Below, piece by piece: positions 24,915 through 36,649 of a stretch of 64,000 bases of DNA. The DNA lies in assembly GCF_963921235.1 (NCBI RefSeq), contig NC_086106.1, forward strand, positions 23,374,001 to 23,438,000, given 5' to 3'. The stretch is from Mobula hypostoma (taxonomy: Eukaryota). The position numbers and the translations under genes are program-made. Numbering within the stretch: the stretch's first letter is position 1; each line of letters begins with the position of its first letter. The notes below the pieces were generated by a model. It worked only from the letters and a program-made list of their open reading frames with translations, was not told the DNA's origin and ran no database searches.

Positions 24915-27670
24915 TGGAATGGAGCCAAGATCTGGACGGGTGATAGGCAAAGGGGATATGAGAGGATCATGGGACAGGAGGCCTAGGGAGAAAGACAAGT
25001 TCAGGGAGCCAGAGAATGGGTAGATGGTATAGTCAGAGGGACAGAGGGAGAGTGAGAGAAAGAATACGTGTGTAAAAGTAAATAACGGATGTTGTGCGAG
25101 GAGGAGGTGGGGCATTACCGGAAGTTAGAGAAGTCAATGTTCATGCCAACAGGTTGGACGCTACCCAGACGGAATTTAAGGTGTTGTTCCTCCAACCTGA
25201 GTGTGGCGTCATCTTTACAGTAGAGGAGGCCGTGGATAGACATGTCAAAATGGCAATGGGATGTGAAATTAATATGTGTGGCCACTGGGAGATCCTGCTT
25301 TCTCTGGCGGACACAGCGTATGTGTTCAGCAAAGCGGTCTACCAGTCTGAGTCGCGTCTCACCAATGTATAGAAGGCCACATCGGGAGTACCGGATGCAG
25401 TACATCACCCCAGCCGACTCACAGGTGAAGTGTCGCCTCACCTGGAAGGACTGACTCGGGCCCTGAATGGTGGTAAGGAAGGAAATGTAAGGGCTTGTGT
25501 AGCACTTGTTCCGCTTGCAAGGATAAGTGCCAGGAGGGAGATCAGTTGGGAGGGGTCGGGGTGAGGACGAATGGATAAGGGAGTCGCGTAGGGAGAGATA
25601 TCTGCAGAAAACAGAGAGAGGGGGCGAGGGAAAGATCTGTTTAGTGCTGAGATCCCGTTTGAGGTGGCGGAAGTTACGGAGAATAATATGTTGGAACCGG
25701 TGGCTGGTGAGGTGGTAGGTGAGGACCAGGGGCACCCTATTCCTAGTGGTGTGGCGGGAGGGTGGAGTGAGAGCAGATGTGCGTGAAATGGGGTAGATGC
25801 GTTTGAGAGCAGAGTTGATGGTGGAGGAAAGGAAGCCTCTTCCTTAAAAAAGGACGACATCTCCCTCGTCCTGGAATGAAAAGCCTCATCCTGAGAGCAG
25901 ATGCGGCGGAGACGGAGGAATTGGGAGAAGGGGATGGCATTTTTGCAAGAGACAGGATGAGAAGAGCAATAGTTCAGACAGCTGTGAGAGTCAGTCGGCT
26001 TATAATAGACTTCAGTGAATAAGCTATCTCCAGAGATAGAGACAGAAAGATCTAGAAACGGGAGGGAGGTGTCGGAAATGGACCAGGTAAAGTAGAAGTC
26101 AGGGTGAAAGTTGGATGCCAAGTTAATAAAGTCAACGAGCTCAGTACGCGTGCATGAAGCAGCGCCAAAGCAGTTGTCGATGTGGCGAAGGAAAAGTGGG
26201 GGCAGATACCAGAATAGGTACGGAACATAGATTGTTCCACAAAGCCGACAAAAAGGCAGGCGTTAGCTAGGACCCATATGGGTGCCCACAGCTACACCTT
26301 TAGTTTGGAGGAAGTGGGAGGAGCCAAAGGATAAATTATTAGGAGTAAGGACTAATTCCGCGAGACGGAGCAGAGTGGTGATAGAGGGGAACTGATTAGA
26401 TCTGGAATCCAAAAAGAAGCGGAGAGCTTTGAGACCTTCCTGATGGGGGATGGAAGTATATAGGGACTGGGCATCCATGGTGAAAATAAAGCGGTGGGAG
26501 CCAGGGAACTTAAAATCATCGAAAAGTTTAAGAGTGCGGGAAGTGTTACGAACATAGGTAGGGAACGATTGAACAAGGGGGGATAAAACCTTGTCGAGGT
26601 ATACAGAAACGAGTTCGGAGGGGCATGAGGAAGCTGAGACAAGAGGTCTGCCAGGACAGGCAGGTTTGTGGATCTTGGGCAGGAGGTTGAAACGGGAAGT
26701 GCAAGGTGTGGGAGCTATAAGGTTGCTAGCAGTGGATGGGAGATCCACTGAGCGGATAAAGTCGGTGATGGTGTGGTAGACAATGGCCTGGTGCTCCTTC
26801 GAGTGGTAAATAAGAGGACGTATCCGCGAATTGTCGCTGTGCCTCGGCAAGGTAGAGGTCAGTACGCCAGACTACAACAGCATCCCGCTTATCGGCGGGT
26901 TTAATAGTAAGGTCGGATTAGTGCGGAGGGAGTGGAGAGCAGAGCGTTCCGAAGGAGTGAGTTTGGAATGGGAACAAGGTGTGGTGAAGTCGAAACGGTT
27001 GATGTGCCGTTGGCAGTTAGCAATAATGAGATAGAGAGCAGGCAGAAGACCAAAGCGGGGTGTCCATGACGAAGAGGAGGGTTGAATACGGGAGAAGGTG
27101 ACATCGATGAGGGTGGGAGAGTCCTTGCCGAAGAAGTAGACTCGGAGACGGAGACGGTGGAAGAAGAGTTCCGAATCATGGCGAACACGGAACTCGCTGC
27201 TGAGTTGTGGGCGAAGGGGGTCAAAGGGGGTCCCTTACTGAGGACAAAGCGTTCTGCCTCTGACAGTTGAAGGTCGGAGGGGATGGTAAAGAACCGACAC
27301 GAATCAGAGCTGGGATCAGAGGGGGCAGGGGGTAGGGTGGGGGTGTCAGTAGAGAGGGGAGGGTTGGGTGAGAGGAAGATGGAGCCTCTGAATACCCAGG
27401 AGCTGACGATGGAATCTGAGGGAGACGGGATTGCAGAGTATTGGTGGGGGGAGGGGAGACGGGAGTCACAATAGCAGCACATAAAGAACCGGCCTGGAGT
27501 TCAAGGTTGCAGTCTCGGCGTCTTTATCTCCAGTGATGCGGAAGGGTCCCGGCCCGAACCGTCGACTGTACTCTTTTCCACAGATGCAGCTGGCCTGATG
27601 AGATCCCTCAACATTGTGTGTGTGTGTGTTCCTTGGATTTCCAGTATCGGCCGATTTTCTCTTGTTTGTT
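24915..27670 (-). mobile_element. Penelope-like element, longer copy
   Basis: Same RT/GIY-YIG ORF fragments (25115-25735, 25438-26121, 26263-26850), extending 5' past 26723. The terminal repeat at ~27540-27660 is the inverse of 8370-8460. Confidence 0.9.
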
Positions 27671-28113
27671 GAAGATTAAACTCGGCTAACGATTGATTTG
27701 GCGAGAACAAGCGGCTGCACTTTTTTTTTACTGCTTCAAGAAAATTCGGCTTGCTTCAGGAATACACTATACGGAGGTAATCAGTAAGATGCTGAACATT
27801 CTGCGCTTGGCAAAACAAAGAAAATTACTATTTTATCAAAATGTTTTTTGAAGCAGTAGTGCTTTGATAAACTGGCAAGCAACAACTCAATTTGTTGCAT
27901 CCCTTGTTGCAATCATCAAAGGCAGAAGTTAACAGTAGAAACAATGCAACATCTGCGTGTGCTGTCCACATACACTAAATATATTCTGAATCAAAATGCC
28001 GTAAGTCTCTTAATTGCAGCAACTGTGACCAACAAATATGCAGTATTATTGCACGAATCAATTTACTGTGTTGTACTAGGACCAGTGCGAGGAATAGTGC
28101 AAGCACTCGGAGT

Positions 28114-31100
28114 TAGACGATAGACAGCATACAATAGGTGCAGGAGTAGGCCATTCGGCCCTTCGAGCCAGCACCGCCATTCACTGTGATCATGGCTGAT
28201 CATTCACAATCAGTATCCAGTTCCTGCCCTATCCCCACAACCTTTAATTCCGCTATCTTTAAGAGCCCTATCCATCTTTTTCTTGAAAGCATCCAGAGAC
28301 TTGGCCTCCACAGCCTTCTGGGGCAGAGCACTCCATATATCCACCACTCTCTGGGTGAAAAACGTTTTTCTTCAGCTCCGTTCTAAATGGCCTAGCCCTT
28401 ATTCTTAAACTGTGGCCTCTGGTTCTGGACTCACCCATCAGTGGGAACATGCTTCCTGCCTCCAGCGTGCCCAATCCCTTAATAATCTTATATTTTTCAA
28501 TAAGATCACCCCTAAGCCTTCTAAATTCCAGGGTATACGAGCCCAGTCGCTCCAACCTTTCAAGATATGACAGTCCCGCCATCCCGGGAATTAACCTTGT
28601 GAACCTATGCTGCACTCCCTCAATAGCAAGGATACTCTTCCTCAAATTTGGAGACCAAAACTGCACACAGTACTCCAGGTGTGGTCTCACCAGGGTCCTG
28701 TACAGCTGCAGAAGGACCTCTTTGCTCTTATACTCAATCCCCTTGTTATGGAGGCCAGCATGCCATTAGCTATCTTCACTGCCCACTCTACTTGCATGCT
28801 TGCTTTCAGTGACTGATGTACAAGAACACCTAGATCTCTTTGTGCTTCCCCTTTTCCTAACTTGACTCCATTTAGATAATAATCTGCCTTCCCGTTCTTA
28901 ACACCAAAGTGGATAACCTCACATTGTTCCACATTAGACACAATCTGACCACTCACCCAGCCTGCCCATGTCACCCTGCATTCTCATAACATCCTCCTCA
29001 CATTTCACACTGCCGCCTAGCGTTGTGTCATCGGCAAATTTGCTAATGTTACTTTTAATTCCCTCATCTAAATCATTAATATATATGTTCTAAACAGGTG
29101 CCGTCCCAGCACTGAACGCTGTGGTACCCCACAGGTCACCGCCTGCCATTCCGAAAGGGAGCCGTAAATCGCTACTCTTTGTTTACTGTCAGACAGCCGT
29201 TTTTTAATCCATGTTAGTACTCTGCCCGCTATACCATGAACCCTAATTCTGCCCACTGATCTTCTATGTGGGACTTTATCAAAGGCTTTTTGAAAGTCCA
29301 GGTACACTACATCAGCTGGCTCTCCCTTGTCCATTTTCACAGTTACATCCTCAAAAATTTCCAGAAGATTAGTCAAGCACGATTTCCCCTTCGTAAATCC
29401 ATGCTTACTCAGTCCAATCCTGTTACTGCTAACCAGATGTGCCCTAATTTCATCTTTTATAATTCACTCCAGCACCTTTCCCACCACCGATGTCAGGCTA
29501 ACCGGTCTATAATTCTCTGTTTTCTCTCTTCTTCCCTACTTCAAGAAAGTGACAACATTTGCCACCCTCCAATCCACAGGAACTGATCCTGAATCTATAG
29601 AACATTGGAGAATGATTACCAATGCGTCCACGATTTATAAAGCCACCTCCTAAAGTTACTGGGATGCAGACCATGAGGTTCCGGGCACTTGTCAGCCTTC
29701 AGACCCAACAGCCTATCCAACAGCATTTCCTGCCTAATATAAATTTCCTTCAATTCATACATTACCCTAGGTCCTTTGGCCATTATTACATCTGGGAGAT
29801 TGTTTCTGTCTTCCCTAGCGAAGACAGATCCAAAGTATCTGTTCAACTCGTCTGCCATTTGCTTGTTCCCCACAATAAATTTACCCGCTTCTGCCTCCGA
29901 GGGCCCAATTTTGGGCTTAACTATTTCTTTTTTTTCCTTTTCACTTCCTAAAGATGTTTTTACAATCCTCCTTTACATTACTGGCTAGTTTACCTTAGTA
30001 CGTCATTTTTTTCTCCGCGTATTGCCTTTTTAGTTATCTTCTGTTGCTCTTCAAAAGTGTCCCAATCCTCCGGATTCCCACTCGTCTTTGCTATGTTATA
30101 CTTCTTCTCTTTTATTTTTAAACTGTCCATTACTTCCGTTGTCAGCCACGGTCTCCCCTTACTACCCTCAGGATCTTTCTTCCTCTTTGGAATGAACTGA
30201 TCCTGCATCTTCCGCATTATTCCCAGAAACACTTGCCATTGCTGTTCCACTATCATCCCTGCTAGGGTGTTGTTCCGTTGAACTTCGGCCAGCTCCTCCC
30301 TCATTTCACCATAGTCCCCTTTGTTCAACTGTAATACTGACACTTCTGAGTTTCCCTTCTCCCTCTCAAATTTTAGATTAAAACTTATGATATTATGGTC
30401 ACTACCTCCTATGGCTCCTTTACCTCGAGGTCCCTGATCAAATTCGGTTCATTGCACAACACTAAATCTAGAATTGCGATCTGTCTGCTGGGCTCCAGTA
30501 CAAGCTGTTCTAAGGCTCTATCTCGGAGGGACTCCACAACCTCCCTTTCTTGGGTTCCAGTACCAACCTGATTCCTCCAGTCTACCTGCATCTTGAAGTC
30601 CCCGAATAATACTGTAGCATGACCTTTACGACATGCCAACTTTAACTCTTGATTCAACTTACACCCTACATCTAGGCTACTGTTTGGGGGCCTGTAGATC
30701 ACTCTCATTAGGGTCTTTCTACCCTTAGAATTTCTCAGTTCTATCCATACTGACTCTCCGTCTTCTGATTCTATGTCCCCTGTCGCAAGGGACTGAATAT
30801 CATTCCTCACCAACAGAGCCACCCCAGCCCCTCTGCCCATCAGTCTGTCCTTTCGATCGGACGTATAACCTTGAATATTCATTTCCTAGGCCCTGTGCAC
30901 TTGAAGCCATGTCTCGGTTATTCCTACAACATCATACTGGACAATTTCCAGCTGTGCCTCAGGTTCATCCACTTTATTTCTTATACTCCGTGCATCCATA
31001 CACAATACTTTTAATTCATTACTCCCCTCACCTCCCATATCAATTCCTATTTCACCTGGCCGTACTGTACGATCCCTTCTTGAGCTTTCTACTCTGTTGA

Positions 31101-31270
31101 TTCTGCTGTCTTTCTTAGCTTTTCTTATTCTCACTTTCCCTTTATCTCCATTCTTATGTTTCCAATTCGTTCCTTCACCCCCTCCCCCCTCCACCTTCTG
31201 CTGAGTGTAAACGCACCCGTGTTGCAGCGGCAAACCTGCCTGCCAGAATGCTGGTGCCCAACTTATTAAG
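28114..31270 (-). mobile_element. Long CR1 LINE (ORF2 endonuclease + RT, frameshifted)
   Basis: ARSIRNK, VVGITETWL and IYRPPNS (APE); YLDFQKAFDKVPH and YCVQFWSP (RT). 3' tail at ~28114. Confidence 0.92.
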
Positions 31271-31379
31271 GCACTGTACATTGCACAACACAGTAAAAAA
31301 GATGTGATTCCACTGAGCCACAGCGGTGCGATGGTATTCGTTTAGCATAATGTTTCGGGGTTCATGGACGAGTAGGATA

Positions 31380-31930
31380 AAACAGGCCTATGTTAGCATG
31401 GTTTCCTGATGGGCGAATTCCATAACAAAACTTTTGGAATTTTAAGAGGAAATGAAAGGAAAGCTAGACAAGGTGAGTAAGTGGACATTTTTTACTTTGA
31501 CTCTCCAAATACCTCAGATAGGGTGTCGCAAATGCGGTTGTTTAATAAAATAAGAACCTACAACAAAACAGGAAATATACAAGCATGGAGCACTGTCAGG
31601 CAGACTGACAGGCCTCAAGCGATTCTCTCAGCTATTCGAGGAAGAACCGATAAACGTGACCATCTCTGGACGTATAGTCGCTGGCGATTAGAAAAATTAG
31701 AACAATATTATTCAGCAGTATTAAATGTTGAAAGACTGGGACCGAGTGAATCTGCAAAGGATGCTTCCTGTATTGGGAAATCTGTGACCAGCAGGCACAT
31801 AATTTGTTGATGAGGTTTGTGAATTTAGAAAAGAAATGCGAAGGATTTTTATTATCCAGAAGTTGGGGAATCTGTGGATTTTACTGACGGAGCAGTTGAG
31901 GCCGGTTATTGGGTGCATTTTTCGCGAAAG
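31380..31930 (+). mobile_element. Heavily decayed CR1 RT fragment
   Basis: DIFYFDSPNTSDRVSQMRLFNKIRTY resembles DVIYLDFQKAFDKVPHRRLLNKIRAH. Confidence 0.55.
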
Positions 31931-32474
31931 TCTTTAGTTCTGGAATAGTCATCGCGCAGAAGAAGAGAGGTGACTGCGTTACAGCGGGAAAATAAATCAG
32001 TCATGATGGAAACGCGCTGCAGAGTCAATGGACCGAGTAGCTACTCTAGTCCCACGAGTTATGGTCTCGTGCTTTAGCATTAAGCAACCACAAAATATTG
32101 TTTCATGATGAGATCATCCAGGACGACTTAAACATTGAATACACGGGCAGACAATCGGATCAGCAAGTGCATTGTAAAATACTAGGGAAAATCTATCGAG
32201 TCTCTCTTGAAATAAAAATACTCTCTGGTTTTCCATAAAGCATAGGTTACATGACAAGTACACCAAATTATAAGCCCTTTTAATAATTTCAGACTCCGAA
32301 AAATACGTCTGATCATCGGCCTGTATAAACCGATTTTTTAAGGAGTAGTGGTGATACAAATTAGAACTGGTCTTGTCGTCATTTATCCTTAATAGATGCG
32401 AGTCTGAAAGCGACCCTTTCCATTCGATCTTGCATTTTCCCTGTGTTCTGTTCAAAGAGCCATTGATATATTAC

Positions 32475-33965
32475 GAAATTACGAGATATCTTTATTGTCA
32501 TGCACCAATACAGAAAAAAGTGATCTTACCACTCTCATCCAAAATGCTAAAAATAAATGAAATCAATAAGCAATAAATCACACCAAATAAACAGTCAGTA
32601 CAAGCAATATCGCAACTCAGATTCATGACAGTCATAAAACAGTATTGAAGTAGCAATATAACAAATTTATGGATGATGCTTGAGGGTTAGAGCAATTATA
32701 GCTCTGGGGGAAAATAGTTTTTTTAGTTTTGAAGTGTGCGCATAGAAAATCTTATAATGTCTGCCATATGAAAGAAGTTCAAACGGATGATTGCATGGGG
32801 GTGTGTTGCCCTTAAAGATGCTTGTAGTTTTCGTTAGGCAGCGAGAGCTGCAGCTGTGCTCCAGGGCTAGGAACTGTGTCCCGACGATTTTCTGTGCGCT
32901 AGAAACAACCCGCTGAATTGTTTTCCAAACAGCTGCTGTACAACTGAGATTCCACACAGAGATGCAGTATGTTAAAATGCCCTCTATTGTGCAGAGGTAA
33001 AAGGTCACAGCATCTGTTCAGTTAGACCAGATTTCTTCAGCGTCATGAGGAAAAACAAGAGTTGCTGTGCTTTCTTAACTATTGCAATGGTGTTAGTGGA
33101 CCATGTAAGGCCTCCTGAGATATATATTCCCAGAAACCTGAAACTGGACATTCTCTCCACTATGTCTCCGCTAATGTAGACTGGAGCGAACTCGTCATCG
33201 GTGTCTTTCCAAAATTGATAATTATCTCCTTATTCGTTGCTGTATTAAGAGACAGGTTATTCTCTGAGCACCAGCTCACTAAGTTCTGTACCCCCGCTCT
33301 GTACACTGATTCGTCTGTGTTGGAGATCAACCTGATAACGGTTGTGTCGTCTGCGAACTTGACGATGGTGTTGGTGTTAAATGCAGATACACAGTCGTAA
33401 GTGAAGAGGGAGTACTGTATGGGACTCAATACACAACTTTCTGGTGTACCAGTGTTCAGGAGAGTAATGGGGGACAGCTGAGGGCTCAGTCTTACTGCTT
33501 GTGGGTGCTCTGACAAAAATTCAGGACCCAGTTGCAGAGTGATGAGCTGAGGCCTAGCTGGTGGAGCTTGCAAATGAGCTTGCTGGGGATGACAGTATCA
33601 AAAGCAGAGCTATAATCAAGAAAGAACATCCTCACGTATGTGTCCTTTCCTTCCAGGTGTGTCAGGACAGTATGACGAGCTAACGAGATGGCATCCTCTC
33701 CTGGGCCTGTCTCCTTCATAGGCAAACTGGTGTGAGTCCAGTGTAGCAAGAATAGTGACTTTAATGTGGGATAGGACCAATCTCTCAAAACACTTCATTT
33801 TTATTGGTGTGAGTGCAACCGGACGATAGTCATTCAAATTGCTGATGTTTGTTTTCTTCGGGACAAGTACTATGATGGCTGACTTCAGGAAATTGGGGAC
33901 CGTTGCCTGACATAGAGACAGAATGACAATTCTCGTAAATATATCAGCCAGTTTTTCATATGACA
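32475..33965 (-). mobile_element. Rex1/Babar LINE fragment
   Basis: [58 protein letters not shown]. Confidence 0.88.
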
Positions 33966-35649
33966 TGGAAGTAGTTGCAGTTGTTGCTCAGTCTGATGAA
34001 TTGAAACATATTTCGGTGCAAATAATCGCCGGAAAAGCGTAATAGGAATACATAAAGAAAAGACCATATCACCAGTAAAGTTCGCTACATTCTGCAAAAC
34101 ACCTGGAAGTATCATATTTATCATCGTATGTTGCGATCCGCTGCGACGGAGAAGGTAATGATACAGTGCATCGCGAAGTGATTAGAAAAAAAATCCTCGT
34201 GATATAAAACCAGCTTCTCATTGCTTTTCACATCGCCATGAAACGTTAAATGCAAACAATATGAAATAACACAATATACAATGAAATTAAAACGCATATA
34301 TCAACATAAGGACTTCGACAATTGTCAATTAGCACGATGAAATTTCAAATACAGGCTACAGTAAATGTCAAAGAACATGTGCTAATTCAAGATCATGAAA
34401 ACTTCCGATAGAAGGTGTATTGAGTCCAATCAGGCAGAATAAATCTGTGTATTTTAACTGCCTCAATTAAACTGGTATAGAAGATGTTGAAATGAGCGTT
34501 CAAGGAACAGAAAGGAGGAATTCATCAAAGATTCACAAGTGGGAAAAGAGACAGGAAGTCCAGTAAGGAAATTATTCGTATCGTATTGTCCTTGCACCTT
34601 GGCCAATGGATAGCACTGCTTTCTGGCAGAAAAGATGCTTCATAAATCTGTACCGACTGTTTGATGCTTTGAATTCATTTGTTAGCATTGAGAATCTTGT
34701 TATGAACTATGCTTCTGACAAGCTAAGCTCAACTTTTCATCTACCACTTTGACTTATGTCTCCAGTATGACTAGTCCGAGATTGTTCCCTGCAGTCTTAC
34801 TGTGATGCATGGAGAGTTTCCTGAAAGCGATCGGTGAAGGACAGCAGTTGAATTCCCGGCGCAGTGAGCGCAGTGTGTGTTTTCTGTCCAGATAATAGCG
34901 CCATTACAAAAAAATAATTCGTGTAACTTTAATTAACATCGATAACACTGCATAATTTCACATTCAATGAATACTTCTTTCTAGAGTAAATCCATTAACC
35001 ACCTTCCAGCACCTGTCACTTATGAACCCGAAATAACCCCAGGTGCGGTAAAGAACCATTACAGTGCGGTTGTTTATCTGCCAGCACAGAAAAAAATAGA
35101 TAAATCAAATAACATCTCATAACGCAGCAACATATGCTCAACTCTAAAGTTATCTAATATATTCGAGGGTGCGGTAAATCAAGACCGCTACCATAACAAA
35201 TGGCCATATTGGGGAAACGGTATGAATATGTGTTTGTATCAAATGTGTACCGTGCACCTTCCCTTCAGGGGCCTGTAGATCACTATTGGACTCTCTGCAG
35301 CACCCATTTATCGCCTATCAGGGTCCGTGAGGCCATGGCCGCAGGTCGCGGATGGTCGTCCAAGTTGCCAGATCTTATCTCATTGATTGTCCGAATACTG
35401 ATGCCATACCGACAATCTCGGAAGACTATTAATAATGATTAGGAGCTCCAATTCTGAAAATACTCTGCCCGGAAGCTAACAATGGCATGTTACTTCTCTA
35501 GAAATAGTTGCCAATAACAATCATGATCAAAGACAATGATCACGCACGTCACACACGCATGATGATGATAAAGATGACCATATTCATTAATCAGCAAGTT
35601 GATCTTAGCAGCAACAATCTCTGCGGAAAATACACATGGAAAAATTATA

Positions 35650-36167
35650 AATAATTTCACAATACTGAACCGTTTGTGTTTGTCTTCGAAGATACTGCGT
35701 ACTTTGAATTATAGGTGGAAAGATTTGCTAGCATTGGGTGCATATGCCTGATGTTAACTATATTTTTTGTATGTTTTCATTAGATCTGGGAAAATCAGTG
35801 TAAAGGAAAACAAGGATAACCGAAAACGAAAACTCAGTGTTATTTACAACAGATGCAACGAGACCAAAAAATATTGTTCGTGAGATTGATTTTCTTACTA
35901 CAGAAGGAAATAACGTGGAATAAGCTTATGGAGAGAAAGAATGTCAAAACAAAACTAATCTTGATTGACGCATCACCTTTCATAGTTCAAATAAAACGTC
36001 AAATCGTGTTGTTGCTTATTTTTCTTTTCTTTTTTTTTTGCTATCTTTCTCTCAACCACTCCTGACTCTTGGGAGCAAAGGTAGTTTTCGAACGTGTTTG
36101 TAATAAGAGGTCAGAATTGCAATATCAAAAACGGTACCGTTGCCTTCCATACTCCACAGTAGACGTC
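35650..36167 (+). promoter_or_regulatory. Upstream block of V4 homologous to the upstream ~500 bp of V1-V3 (putative V promoter region)
   Basis: Shared islands such as GG(T/G)AAAATC(T/A)GTGT(C/A)AAGGAAAACA, AACAGATGC (E-box CAGATG at 4598, 15205, 21349, 35850) and ACAGA..GAAAT..CGTGGAAT. Confidence 0.5.
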
Positions 36168-36610
36168 ACGTGGCCTATCTGATTATGTTGTTGTTGTCGT
36201 TTATAAGTATGCTAGCTCTCTTCTGTGTTTTCAGTTTATAACAAATGTATGCCCATTCTAGAAAATATCTTTCCTTTGGAAAATATTCAGGCGTTCCGTG
36301 TTTCCTTCCATGCGCGTGTGTCAAATATTAGGGATCTCAGAATCCCGCTAAATTCACTGTTCAGGAAACCCAGACTTTGCCACAGAACTGCAGCTATCCT
36401 CCAACGGTTGACAACACAGTGTTTTTATATACTGAATATCCTGGAAAACCTCTGAAATACTTATTGAAATCATGTAGCACGGGGGAAGGTAAAGAGCAAA
36501 TGCCGAGTCCGTTTCTCGTCCGCAATAGATAAATACAGAACGACGCTTCCTTCACGAATATCTGATGTCCTTGATACAGATTCCGTTTTTTTTTTCTACG
36601 CCATGAAACC
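36168..36610 (+). pseudogene. Old, decayed V segment V4 of the same family
   Basis: Collinear with V1-V3 but carries many lesions: start ATG>ACG (36168); acceptor AG>AT (36310-36311); TAG at 36329-36331; Trp41>Leu; an 8-nt deletion before CRVRFSSAIDK; Cys104>Tyr (DSVFFFYAMKP). QNPAKFTVQE..NCSYP..YPGKPLKYLLK is retained. Confidence 0.88.
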
Positions 36611-36649
36611 CACTTTACTGCCAGTTAAAAGAACGTCTCTATAAATATT
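36611..36649 (+). other. Degenerate 23-RSS of V4
   Basis: CACTTTA + 23-nt spacer (CTGCCAGTTAAAAGAACGTCTCT, similar to the V1-V3 spacer) + ATAAATATT. Confidence 0.75.

Larger units (their letters stand above)
18625..26723 (+). repeat. Segmental duplication unit 3 (contains V3)
   Basis: Collinear with ~1890-10364. It lacks about 390 bp corresponding to ~8160-8550. Confidence 0.9.

Noticed and set aside
28030-28080. QYYC motif as a V 3' end
   Set aside because: No upstream V framework and no RSS.
36415-36453. Perfect CACAGTG inside V4 as an embedded RSS
   Set aside because: No acceptable nonamer at 12- or 23-nt spacing.
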